Positions 1 to 11,640 of a stretch of DNA of 64,000 bases are shown here, piece by piece. The notes under the pieces were generated by a model, which had not been told where the DNA came from, made no database searches, and saw only the letters and a list, made by a program, of their open reading frames with translations. Position numbers and translations under genes: made by a program. The stretch is from Octopus vulgaris (lineage: Eukaryota). The stretch lies in contig OX597815.1 of the NCBI GenBank assembly GCA_951406725.2, positions 65,782,001 through 65,846,000 on the forward strand. The letters are read 5' to 3'. The number at the start of each line of letters is the position of its first letter. Within the stretch, counting starts at the first letter, position 1.

Positions 1-612
1 TATGTGTTAGTGTGTGCGTCTGTGTGTAGGCGTGTGAGGTAGGGCGAGACGGTGGTCAGCATAGCAGCAGCATAGCAGACAAAGGTCAGTAGTAAGAAAA
101 GGAAGGAAGGAGGAAGGGAGGGAGGGGAAGGGGTGGGGGCGTATGTAGCGTGCCAGCGTGTGTTGAGTAGTAGTGTGTGTGTGTGTCCAGTGTCGTGGTA
201 GTATTAATGGCGAGTAGATTGAATGTGTGTAAGAGTAATGTATATATTTAAGCAGTGTGTGTATATGTGTGCGCGTGTGTGTAACGAAAAAGGGGGGGGG
301 TAAGGAAAAGGACTCCAGCTGAGGGGAAGATGGAAGAGTGGTCCCGCGGAGACGGGCGTGGGAAAACCCAACGACAAGCGACGATCTCAGGAACGGGTGG
401 GAGGTCTCGTCGGGTCCAAGGGCGAGGTGCATGCGGCGCGTATGCGTGCGAGAACCGGCGCAAGCGCGTGTGTGCGCGCGCCTGCGAGTGTGCGCGTAAG
501 TATGTGTGTGTGTGGATGTGTGAGTGTGTCTGTGTGTATGTCTGGGTGGCAGTGTGTCCGATGAATGTATGTGAGTATGTGTGTATATATGTGTGTGCAT
601 AGATGTATGTCC

Positions 613-643
<31 letters not shown>

Positions 644-2630
644 AGTGTGTATGTATGTACGTGTGGGTGTGGGGAAGTGTGTGTATGTGCATGTGTGTGC
701 GCGAACATACAGGTGTGTGAGTGAGTGTGTGTGTGTGTATGTATGTGTGAGTGTGTATGTATGTGTGTGTAGGATGCATGTATGTGTATGGGTGTATGTA
801 TGCGTGTGTGTATGTATGTATGTGTACGTGCGTGTGTGTGTGTGTATGCGTGTAGGTGTGAGCGTGTGCATGCGTGCATGCATGTGCGTATGTGTGTGTG
901 TGTGCATGTGTGTGGGTATATATGTATGTGCGTATATGTGTGTGTATGTGCGTACATGTGTGTGTGTGTATGCATGTGTGTGTGTAGGTGTGTAGGCGTG
1001 TGTGTATAGGTGTATGTAAGTATGTATGGGTGTGTCCGTGTATGTGTGTGTATGTATGTGTGTGTATGTAGCTGTGTGGGCGTGTGTATATGTGTGTGTA
1101 TGTAGGTGTGTGGGCGTGTGTATATAGGTGTATGTATGTATGTCTGGGTGTGTCCGTGCAGGTATGTGTGTGTGTGTGTATGCATGTGTATGTAGGTGTG
1201 TGTGTACGTGTGTAATGTATGTGTGTATGCGTGTGTATGCGTGCGTGTGTGTATGTAGGTGCGTGTGTATGTGTGTGGGAGTGTAGGTGTGTGTGTGCGT
1301 GTGCGTGTTTACGTTGGTGTGTGCGTATGTGAGTGTGAGTGTATGGGTGTTTGTCATGCATGTGTGCGCGTGCAGGTGAGTGTGTGTGTAAGTATGTGTG
1401 TATGTATGTTTGTGTGAGTGTGTATGTGTGTATGTCTGTGTGTATGTATGTGCGTATAGGAGTATGTAGGTATGTGTGTGTGTATGTATATGGGTGTATG
1501 TATGTATGTGTGTGTGTGTGCATGTGTATAAGTATATGCGTGTGTGCGTATGTGTGTGTATGTGTATGTGTGTGTGTTTATGTATGTGTGTATGTATGTG
1601 TGTAGGCGTGAGTGTGTAGATGTATGTATGTATGGGTGTGTGTCAGTGTGTGTTTGTGTGTGTGTGTAGGTAGATGTGTGTGTCTGAGTGAGGGTATGGC
1701 TGTGTAGGTGTGTGTGTGTATGAATGTAAGTGTGTGTGTATACAAGTGTAATGTATGTATGTAGGTGTGTGTGTGTGTGTATGTGTACGTGTGCGTGTGT
1801 ATGTGTGTGTGTATGCGTGTGAGTGTGAGTGTATGGGTGTATGTCTGTGTGTGTGTATGTCTGAAGTGGGTATGTGTGTGTATGTATGTATGTGTGTGTG
1901 TGTGCGGGTATGTGTGTGTGTGTATGTGTGTGTGTGAGTAGGTGTGCGTGTATGTATGTGGGTAGGGATGCATGCGAGTGTGTGGGTATGTATGCATACA
2001 TACGCATGCGCACATCCGAAGCAAGCCCACACACACGAAGCGCGCTCACGCACACAACGCACAAGCAGTACAACGCAAGCCCAAAGGGGCCTACCAAGCC
2101 CCCCAGCGCGCGCCAAGGCGCGCGAGCGCAAATGCCCTCGAACGCCCCGCTACGCGGGAACCGAGGATCCATCAGCCAAAACCGGAAAGCAGAAAAGAGG
2201 GGGGCTGCCTGGATGCAAAAAGGTGTATGTGTGTGTGCATTCAGTGTACGGGTGTGCATGTGTGGGTATGTATGTATGTGCCTACATGTATGTGTGCATG
2301 TGTGTGTGTGTGAAGTATGTACGTGCGGTGTGTGTGTGTGAGTGTGTGTGTATGTATGTGCGTATGTATGTGTGTGTGTATGTGTGTATGTATGTCTGTG
2401 TGTGTGTGTGTGTGTGTAAGTATGTATGCGTGTGTGTATGTATGTATGTGTGTGTGTATGTGCATGTTGGTTTGTATGTTAGTGTGTGCATGTGTGTCTG
2501 TAAGTGTGTGTGATTAAATGTGTGAATGTATGTACGTAGATGGGTCTACGTATGTGTGTGTGTGAACAGGCGTGTGGGAGGTAGGTGGGTGGGTGTGGGT
2601 GGGTGGTGTGTCCGGAAAAAAAAAAAAACG
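1..2630 (-). repeat. Degenerate (TG)n/(TATG)n low-complexity tract with GC-rich islands (about 270-490 and 1990-2230); probably the long 3' region of the adjacent Penelope-like element
   Basis: Imperfect TG/TATG repeats read directly. Lies immediately 3' of the minus-strand PLE ORF. The HT/VC-rich ORFs here are repeat translations. Confidence 0.6.
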
Positions 2631-2634
2631 GATC

Positions 2635-3827
2635 TCAAGAGGAGGGGGCTGTGTTAAGTCCGTGTGGGGTGGTAGTTTGTAGGGTGAAGATGTAGCGTTG
2701 CTCCAAGTGGAGCCTGGAAAGTGGGCGACCATTGTGGGGGCGAGACCAAACACTGAGATGTCATCTCGGGAATGGCCGGCCGAGCGGAAGTGGCGTGCGA
2801 CGGGAGAAAAAGAGTGTAGGCGAACGTCCCTCAAGTGTTCAGTGAAACGGTCGGACAACCGGCGTCCCGTCTGTCCTACATACAGCATCCCGCATAGGTT
2901 GCATTTAATGCAGTAAATAAGGCCAGACGAGGTGCACGTAAAAGAGTGCCTAATGCGTACAGTATGCAGGTTGGAGCCGGTGACAGCGGTGGTGTTGGTG
3001 ATGAAGGGGCAAGTGTTGCAGCGGGATCTAGAGCAAGGGAATGATCCGTGTGGGGCTGAGGGGGAAGGAGAGAGGGTGCTGTGGACCAGGAGGTCACGCA
3101 GATTGCGGGCTCGTTTGAAAGAGGACAGGGGTGGGTTAGGGAAAATGGGGCGGGTGGTGGGATCAAGCTGGAGGCGACGGAAGGCACGTAGTATCTTGCG
3201 ACGAAGGGGTAGGGTAGAGGGGTGGAAAAGGAGGGGGAAGGGGGTGCGGTTGGGGGGTGGGCGGGGGGAAGGAGACAGGGCGGTAGTGCGGTCGATGCGA
3301 CGGGCGCGGGTGAGGGCATCAGAGAGGAGTGTGGGTGGGTAACCTCGGAGTCTGAACATGCGGGCCAGGTATTGAGATTGGGTCTCGAAATCCTGGTCGC
3401 GGCTGCACAAACGTCGGAGGCGGAGGAACTGGGAGTAGGGGATGGCTCGTTTGGTGTGGAAGGGGTGGGAGGAAGAGAAGTTGAGATAGAGGTGGGAATC
3501 CGTAGGTTTAAAGAAGGCGGTGGTGGTGAGAGAGCTGGAGGGGTGATCGATGCGGAGAGAGATGTCAAGGAAGTTGACAGAGGTGTTGGAGATGGTGGAG
3601 GTGAATTGAAGAGAGGGGTGAAAGTTGGAAAGGAAAGAGATGAATTGGCAGAGAAGTTCACGGGAAAGGGAGGTGGCACCTACGCAGTCGTCGATATAGC
3701 GACCGTATAGTTCGGGGGTCGGCCCAGAGAACTGGGAGAACACTTGGGCCTCAATGTAGCCAAGAAAGAGATTGGCGAAATTGGGGCCCATCCTAGTTCC
3801 CATCGCGACCCCGGACACATCAATCAA
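2635..3827 (-). mobile_element. Penelope-like retroelement (Neptune-like), 5'-truncated RT-thumb-GIY-YIG ORF with a late frameshift
   Basis: RT motifs GVAMGTRMGPNFANLF, RYIDD, NFLD. Cys linker CSRSRCNTC. GIY-YIG LIYCIKC..YVGQTGR..RFTEH. The expected C-terminus RLHLEQRYIFTLQTTTPHGLN continues in another frame after about 2735 and stops at 2635. Confidence 0.92.
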
Positions 3828-4097
3828 TATAAGGGTAACAAAAAATTCAAGAAAAATTTTCTGCCACCAGCGGTCAAGTGAGAAAATAGAAATAGTCGCA
3901 GACTATATGATACATTCAACAAAATATTAAGGAATGACCCTGAGAAGGTCGTTCGACTCACTTGAAAAGAGCACTCACTTGAAAAGAGCAGGTCGTTCGA
4001 CTCACTTGAAAAGAGCAGCTAGTATGTATGCATGTATGCACGTACGTAAGTATGTATGTATATACTACCGCCGTAGTCTTCTTTAGAGAGATTTAGA

Positions 4098-4140
<43 letters not shown>

Positions 4141-4285
4141 TATATATATATATATATATAACGGGAAGCTTTATGAAAATAAACAAAAGACGAAGGCAGG
4201 TGGAATACAAACAAACAATTATATTAGTATATATATATATATATATATATATTGATCAAAATAAAAACATGATGCGAAGGATTCA

Positions 4286-4363
4286 GCGGTACATATGTTT
4301 CGGGCCTTTATTAGACAGATTTATAACAATGCATAATGTATGTCTGTGGCCTTCTTCAGCCGC
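4286..4363 (-). ncRNA. Type I hammerhead ribozyme in the 3' terminal region of the Penelope-like element whose ORF is at 6255-8258
   Basis: Minus strand reads GCGG-CTGAAGA-AGGCC...GGCCC-GAAAC-ATAT-GTA^CCGC. Stem I GCGG/CCGC, intact core, palindromic stem III ACATATGT. Confidence 0.85.
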
Positions 4364-6074
4364 GCACAACAGCTTCCACAAGGACATGTGTTACATCAAA
4401 AATTCTTGGTTGGGGATGCAAATCCTCTCATTCGCGTACGACATAGTGCGGCGGCAGCATATAATTGAAGCGTCCATCTCTTTCTTCTCTCAGTGTAGAA
4501 TGAGGAAAATTGGATGTTGAAGTAATGTAAATAAATAAATACATATATAGACGTGAAGATGGAGGGGCGAGAATTTAGGATGAGGGATAAAAAATGTATA
4601 GAAAGTGTAAGTATAGAAAAATATAAAAATGTAGAGCATAAAGATATAAAGAGATATAAGGAGATGTAAAGGGGGTATAAAGAATATAAAGAAATATAAA
4701 GAAATATAAATAAATGTAAAGGCATAAGGTTATAAAGTAAAAATAGAAATAGAAATAAAAGTAAAAAAAACATGATAAAAGTGTAAAAAATTATAAAGAT
4801 AAGGGATGTATAGAGGTTACGGACCAAGCATGGTGGTCAGGAGATTGATAAAATTTAGTTGTAGAATTGTCAGTAAATCAACAGTTTCGTCTGGGGACCT
4901 AATGTGTTGTAAATCAGAGCTGTTGAGCGTTTAATCTGGTTCCTTGAATTAATTGGACTTCTAGTACATACATACCATCATGGATACATACACCCATATA
5001 CACGCGTACATATACGCCTCCAAGCCTATAAGCATACACACGCACTCGCGCGTAAACATGTACATAAACACACACACACCCACACGCACGCGCGTACACA
5101 CACATACATACAACAGAATATCCGCATGTATATACGGACACTATACGTGTACACACTCACATGTACATACGCGCGCCCATCCCTACATACACACACGCAT
5201 ATGCCCACGCTTCCAGGTCTAGATATAAGATATTAAAGGATGTATATAAGAACTTATGTAAAGAATCACGCACTCATGTCTATACGTGCACGCACACACG
5301 GCTGTGTGTCCGTATGTGCGTGCACATATACACTTACATACACACACAGAGACATACGTGCATATGGGTATAGCTATAAGATATTAAAATATGTATGTAC
5401 ATATATGCGTGCGTATATGTATGTATGCGTATACATACGTACATGGACGCTCGCATAGTCAAAAAGTGGATCCATAGGTAAGTAAATAAACATATATAGA
5501 GATGTAAAGCGATAAGTTAGGGGTAAGAATGAGGGTAAGGTTAAAAATTAGAAATAAAAGTAAGAAATACAGTATAAAATAAGAAATACAATGTAATAGT
5601 TAGAAATGAAATATAAAAATTATAAAAATTATAAGAGTTAAGGTAGGGGATGAAAATAAAAATGAGAATAAATGGAAGTAGAATAAAAGTAAAAATAAAA
5701 GTAAAAATAAAAATAAAATAAAATAAGATAAAAATATAATTTGGTAAAGTTTAACATGAGATGAAGGTGGTTGAAAGTTAGAGGTGTGTGTTAAAAGTGT
5801 GTGTTAAAAGTGCCCACGTAGGGGCGGGCGGGGGGAACTGAAAATTGGAAGGGTGGGAAGTGGAGTTTGGCGGTGTGCGTTCAACATCCGAGTTAGAAAT
5901 GTGAAAGGGTATAGATATAGGGAAGTAAAGAGACTATATAGGAAGGATATGGGTGTAGGAGAAGAAATACTTAGGGAAAAGAAGTCATATATGGGAGACA
6001 AAATTTGTATATATAGGAGGAAAATGCAGGGAAACATATATGCACATACACACACCCACACACACACACATACA

Positions 6075-6114
<40 letters not shown>

Positions 6115-6254
6115 TATACGTACACATATGTGCACATACATATACATACACACACACATACGCATATACACGCACATATAGGAAAGCGGGATGTGCTGGA
6201 GCCGACAGGTTGCACCGGGTGGGAGGAAATTGCATGGGAGAGTTGGTATAAAAC

Positions 6255-8258
6255 CTAAGCTTTGTAGTATTTGAAAGTATTAATAAGTTTGTGTATACAG
6301 GATGGTTTGAACTCTGACCTTTTGTTAATAAGATTGTGTTTGTCTTTGAATTTCAAGATGTTCAGGAGTTCTACACAACATAGTTGGCATCCTGCTCTAT
6401 TATTTAAATAAGGTGCAGCTGATCCGATGATGGACCATCTGAGTTTGAAGCCTATGCATTTGTCTTTTAATTCCCAAATTCTTTTAGAAAGGGAGGTGCT
6501 GTTAGCCTTATGTCTGTGTCTCAGCGAGGACCGGTGGTTGTAGTATCTGGATTTCCAGGAGGTTGAGCAACCAATATAGGTGAGTGTGTTAAACTGAGTA
6601 CTCACCTCACATGAATATATTACGTTTTTCGCCCTACATGCGCCCTGCAGCGGGCACTCTGATGCACATCTGCAGTTGCATTGCATTGCATTATTCGGTC
6701 GTGTGCTGCTAATCCCAGGCGGAGGTGTTGCAATACGAGTGGGGGCGTTGATATCCTCCTGGTTGTTGATGGGTGTAGTATTTCCTCTGTTGTGTTGGCG
6801 GGTGTTATTACTAACTGTTTGGGTAGTATGGCTGCCAGTCTGGTTATATTGTCTACTGTCTAGATGAGGGGGGTTCTGTTGGTCGCTATGGTTTGCTCTT
6901 GATCTAGCTGTTCTAATATTAATATAGTTATGTTTAGCTATGAGGCAGCTCATGTTGGGCAGGGTAGAGTAGGAAATCCTAATAGTTTTGTTGGAGAAGA
7001 TACTTCTATACTTGTGGGTGGGTGGGAAGTTGTTGGAAATGATAGAGAATATTCTCTTACATAACTTACCCCTAACTGCTAAGTTGTAAGGTATGTTGAA
7101 CCATATATATTTGCGTAATCTACTATTATCCCTTCTATTTCTCCTAATAGGATCTATATTGCTCTCGTCGGGAGGGTTACTATTGTGTGCTATTCTATTA
7201 GTTCGCCTATTTCCTATACGTTGTTTGGAGTTTAAATTAGAATTATCGCTAGTGTGAGTTGAGTGCTGAGTTCGATTATAATTGGGAGTTTTATGGCCGA
7301 CGGACGCTCCCGGGTGGTCTACATATGATATTCTCTGGTTATACCCGGCACTATAGAGAGCCTGGTTGTAGTGTTGAGCGTGATTATTGAAAATTTCTCT
7401 ATTAGAGGATAGTTTTGTCAGTCTGTCTGAGATGGCTTGGACCGTGGTGCTAATTATACAGGGTGGATGGTTGGAAGAGGTATGGATGTATTTGGTAGTT
7501 TCTTCGGGTTTCCTATACGGGTGGTGAAGGTGCTTATTCAAGTCTAACGTAACATCTAAGAAGTTTACTATTTTAGTATTGGTCATAAATTCTAGTTTAA
7601 GATTGAAGGATTTGAAAAAAAGCCTGATCTTTTTCCTAATTCTTTCTAGTTTACTCCTATTGTTGGTGGGGTATATGAAGAGAGCGTCGTCTCTGTATAG
7701 ACCCCCCTGAAGATCCGGTACCTCGGAGAAAAGCTTCTTGAGCAGGTAGGCCCCGACCAAGTCAGTCACCTGAGCTGAATCGCTCGAGCCCATAGCCACA
7801 TCAAAATTGTCGGGGGTATCGGATCTGGTCCAGAGTCTACCGTCGAATTCTATTATGGTTTTTCTAGCTAATAGTATTATGTCAATTTTTTCTCTGTCTA
7901 TGAGTGAAAGGTTGCGGGCAAATATAAGAGATTTGTTAAGTAAGATGGGGGATATACTGGCGTAGTAGCTAGCTATGTCGAATTGGATGAATGAGTAGTC
8001 GGGCCTATTGGTGATAGTGTAAAACCATTCTAGCACATCGTCGGTGTTAATCCATAGTTGGAGTGGGATGTGGGGTTTGATGTGTGGGATCACCTTGTCC
8101 AGGATAGTCTTGCTAAGTCTGCCGATATCCGATTTAGTCGGACAGATTAATCGTACTCCTACATTATCCGGGAAGTCTTTCTTATGGTCTTTAATAGTAA
8201 TTTTGGGTACTTGTGGTTTAATAGGTTCTGTTCTGTCCAGGAGGTCTAATTTGCTCAT
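6255..8258 (-). CDS. Penelope-like RT + GIY-YIG endonuclease polyprotein (667 aa open; N-terminus missing)
   Basis: FDIASYYASI, FDVAMGS, GLYRDD, VNFLDVT, PYRKP..YIH..SNHPP, CNCRCASECPLQGAC..NVIY..YIG..WKSRYYNH, CQLC..E. Confidence 0.93.
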   Translation of the reverse strand: MSKLDLLDRTEPIKPQVPKITIKDHKKDFPDNVGVRLICPTKSDIGRLSKTILDKVIPHIKPHIPLQLWINTDDVLEWFYTITNRPDYSFIQFDIASYYASISPILLNKSLIFARNLSLIDREKIDIILLARKTIIEFDGRLWTRSDTPDNFDVAMGSSDSAQVTDLVGAYLLKKLFSEVPDLQGGLYRDDALFIYPTNNRSKLERIRKKIRLFFKSFNLKLEFMTNTKIVNFLDVTLDLNKHLHHPYRKPEETTKYIHTSSNHPPCIISTTVQAISDRLTKLSSNREIFNNHAQHYNQALYSAGYNQRISYVDHPGASVGHKTPNYNRTQHSTHTSDNSNLNSKQRIGNRRTNRIAHNSNPPDESNIDPIRRNRRDNSRLRKYIWFNIPYNLAVRGKLCKRIFSIISNNFPPTHKYRSIFSNKTIRISYSTLPNMSCLIAKHNYINIRTARSRANHSDQQNPPHLDSRQYNQTGSHTTQTVSNNTRQHNRGNTTPINNQEDINAPTRIATPPPGISSTRPNNAMQCNCRCASECPLQGACRAKNVIYSCEVSTQFNTLTYIGCSTSWKSRYYNHRSSLRHRHKANSTSLSKRIWELKDKCIGFKLRWSIIGSAAPYLNNRAGCQLCCVELLNILKFKDKHNLINKRSEFKPSCIHKLINTFKYYKA

Positions 8259-8302
8259 AACTTCCTTGATTTTGTAGTTAATTCCTTATATATATTGTCT
8301 AC

Positions 8303-8359
<57 letters not shown>

Positions 8360-8367
<8 letters not shown>

Positions 8368-8860
8368 ATTTAAGAATGCTCATTTTGCCAGTGTAGCCAA
8401 TAAAAACACACGCACTATATATTTGGTGTTACTTTGCTTCAGCATTATTCATTTTTTACATTAATCTTAATCTTATTTCGGCCAGAGTTCTTACGTCACA
8501 CTCCTGTGACCTCATCAGTGGTCCTTTGCTTTCTTCTTTCTTATTTGTGTGTCTCTCCTTACTAACGGTCAGCCATTTTGTATTTTGTATTCCTATTGTA
8601 TGTGTCTTCATTTGCGCATGCGTATACCTCTATGTGTGTCTATGTTTAGTTAGTGTGTGTGGGGGAGGGGAGTACCTGTTATATTTGTATCTCCTGTTTA
8701 TATACGTTCGTGTAATTTGTGACGAAAGAACTCTGGCCGAAATAAGATTAAGATTAATGTCAAAAATGAATAATGCTGAAGCAAAGTAACACCAAATATA
8801 TAGTGCGTGTGTTTTTATTGGCTAAACTGACAAAATGACCATTCCTAAATACAACAATAT
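8360..8860. repeat. Head-to-head inverted PLE-terminus fragments (arms about 8360-8500 and 8718-8860) carrying a hammerhead
   Basis: Arms are reverse complements with a few mismatches. Minus 8480-8524 reads GGACCA-CTGATGA-GGTCAC..GTGAC-GTAAG-AA-CTC-TGGCC, and the right arm retains GTGAC-GAAAG-AA-CTC-TGGCC. Confidence 0.8.
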
Positions 8861-8920
8861 CTGTTTCAACACACGATTTCACATCAAAAATCTTGCAAAA
8901 CAAATATATAAACGTATATG

Positions 8921-8984
<64 letters not shown>

Positions 8985-9267
8985 TAAGAAAAAATGCTAA
9001 TTCTAAAATCTCTCTAACAGATCAACGCAGTAGTTGTACTAACAAGTAATATTCGTAGCCACTTCAACATAGCTGTCCGTTCGAACGGACACTACTGCGA
9101 TTTTTTAACCCCAAGGGGATATCTTCTCTAAGCTGGTTAACTATGCAGAGCCGCATCCGATAAACTGCGAGCAGGGGAGCGAACCCCTACCACATCCTAT
9201 CGACGGGACCAGCAGGACAATCCTAGTTTCGAGGCATTGCTGCCACTCTACAGTACACTCTTCACTA

Positions 9268-10055
9268 AAAAAATATCTTGAAATACTAAAGAGAAAATTT
9301 ATTCGATGAAATCGCCATTAGCTTCAACAACGGCCTCCAGACGACTTCGGAGTCTCCTACAACTCTTTTGGATGGTCTCCTTGATTAAGTTGGTGAATGC
9401 TGACATAATCCTTGCCCTCAGTTCATCTTTGGTGTTACAAGAAACTTTGTTGGTCTCTCGCTCAACTACGCCCTACACATAATAATCGAATGGGTTGCAG
9501 TCTGGGAAATTAGGTAGCCTGATGTTAGGGTGATGTGGTGGCAGAAATTGTCTGACAGCCATGATTAGGTTCTTCCGCATACGTGGCATGGTGCAGAGTC
9601 CTGTTGCAAGACATAGGGTCTTCCAGCAGCCACCCTCTTGACCCAGGACAGCACTACCTCCTCCAGGCACTTGATGCACGCTTCCGTGTTGAGTCTGAAA
9701 CCGTGTGAGAAGATGAATGAAGCATAACGTTGTCATCACTAGTGATCACTCCAAACGCCATGATGTTGACTGGATGCTTGATTTTTATCACTCTCAGTAC
9801 ATGTTTTGGTGACTCAGATGGACACCCCAAAACTCCGAAATGTTTGTACTGTAACATCTGGCGCAAATACCAAGCCTTGTAGCATGTTATTTCAAAATTT
9901 CTGGCAGAGTGAATTGCATCATGGTGCTGTTTTTCTTACAGACGGTGCCCAACTGACTCTACTATAATTGTAGTCGAGAAAATCAAAAGCAAACTATGTG
10001 CATGCGTGAGGTTAAAAATAGTAAAATGGTGACAATTTAATAATCGCACACTATG
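9268..10055 (-). mobile_element. Decayed DD37D (maT-type) Tc1/mariner transposon
   Basis: Reverse-complement homolog of 28474-29289. Remnants KIKHPVNIMAFGVITSD and PNFPDCNPFDYYV. Confidence 0.8.
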
Positions 10056-10091
10056 TATATATACAGCGTGTGTATGTGTGTGTGTGTGTCT

Positions 10092-10147
<56 letters not shown>

Positions 10148-10164
10148 AGACACACACACACAAT

Positions 10165-10581
10165 GTTTGTGTGTCTGTGTTTATCCCCTCAACATCGCTT
10201 GACAACCGATGCCGTGTGTTTACGTCCCCGTAACTTAGCTGTTCAGCAAAAGGGATCGATAGAATAAGTACTAGGCTTACAAAGAATAAGTCCTGGTGTC
10301 GATTTGTATATATATATATATACTATTTTACTCTTTTACTCTTTTATTTGTTTCAGTCATTTGACTGTGGCCATGCTGGAGCACCGCCTTTAGTCGAACA
10401 AATCGACACCAGGACTTATTCTTTGTAAGCCTAGTACTTATTCTATCGATCTCTTTTGCTGAACAGCTAAGTTACGGGGACGTAAACACACGGCATCGGT
10501 TGTCAAGCGATGTTGAGGGGATAAACACAGACACACAAACATATACACACACACAAACACACACACATACACACACACATA

Positions 10582-10648
<67 letters not shown>

Positions 10649-10680
10649 GACGGGCTTCTTTCTGTTTCTGTCAACCAAAT
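10165..10680. mobile_element. Two fragments of SINE family B in tail-to-tail orientation (about 10165-10305 +, about 10325-10680 -)
   Basis: Shared 'cgcttgacaaccgatgccgtgtgtttacgtccccgtaacttagc...gcttacaaagaataagtcctgg' in opposite orientations. Confidence 0.8.
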
Positions 10681-10972
10681 ATATATATATATATATATAT
10701 CATGCAAGTATGTATATGATTATATATGTATGTGATTATATAAGTGGGAAAATTTGTGTTTAGAAATATGTTATCATATGAATTTGTGTGTGTGTGTGTG
10801 TGTGTGCCTCTGTGTGTGTGCGTGCCTGTGTGTGTGCGTGTGTGACTAAACATATTCGCGTATACATGCACATATCTGTTCATCAAATCGCTGGCAAAAG
10901 AATGGGACTACTGTAGACTGATGAGGAAATTATTAACATGATTGAAGAAGCAGCCCATGTCTTTGATAACGT

Positions 10973-11045
<73 letters not shown>

Positions 11046-11427
11046 TACACACGCGCGCATATGTAAATACACACGTGTTCGCAGCCACACTCATACGCAC
11101 ACACGCACAAACGTATAATATATATGCATATATAATCATGTATACAGATACGTACATATGTGTGTGTATATATATATATATATATATGTGTGTGTATGTT
11201 TAAATAGAAGATATATTTATACCTTAGACCACCTGATCATGTAGGCTTCTAGTACCATCATTCTTCTACTTCAAGCAAAGGTAAGATGCATTGCGATAAA
11301 GTACAAGAGCCCTGTGACCGGATTCTTCGCGAAGTGCTTTTGAGACAAAGAAAATTTTTTTTATCATTCTTGCCTTGAAAGTAGCACAAGTTGAGCACTA
11401 AGAATGGAATATTGTAAGGGAATGGAG

Positions 11428-11640
11428 GGCAGCGATCTGGCAGAATCGTCAGTACGCCGGGCAAACTGCTTATCGTCGTTTCGTGCGTTTTTACGTTTTT
11501 TTTTGTTCAAATTCCGCCGAGGTCGACTTTACCTTTCGTCCTTTCGGAGTCGATAAAATAAACATCAGTCGAACACTGGGGTCAATGTAATCGACTTATC
11601 CTCTCCCTCAAAATTATTTGTTATGCCAAAATTTGAAATC
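11428..11640 (+). mobile_element. tRNA-derived SINE family A
   Basis: tggcagaatcg (A-box-like), gttcaaattcc (B box), 'gccgaggtcgac..cctttc' body shared with other copies in the window. Confidence 0.75.

Larger units (their letters stand above)
4250..8305 (-). mobile_element. Penelope-like retroelement (Nematis-like), 5'-truncated, about 2 kb 3' UTR ending in a hammerhead; flanked by (TA)n at both ends
   Basis: ORF 6255-8258, hammerhead at 4286-4363, (TA)n runs at about 4228-4251 and 8307-8360. Confidence 0.8.

Noticed and set aside
7-2513. Long His/Thr/Tyr- or Val/Cys-rich ORFs (up to 392 aa), and similar ORFs throughout the window
   Set aside because: Translations of stop-poor (CA)/(TG)/(TATG) microsatellite, open in several frames, with no domain signal.
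2876-3710. Overlapping alternative-frame and antisense ORFs over the first PLE
   Set aside because: By-products of the C-rich codon bias of the real RT frame; no motifs.
3940-4020. Triplicated 'ctcacttgaaaagagca' as a hammerhead or regulatory repeat
   Set aside because: No closing GAAA, stem III or cleavage triplet. It resembles a decayed dispersed repeat (cf. about 25312 and 44110) with local slippage.
10916-10930. CTGATGAGGAAA motif
   Set aside because: No room for stem II; chance match.
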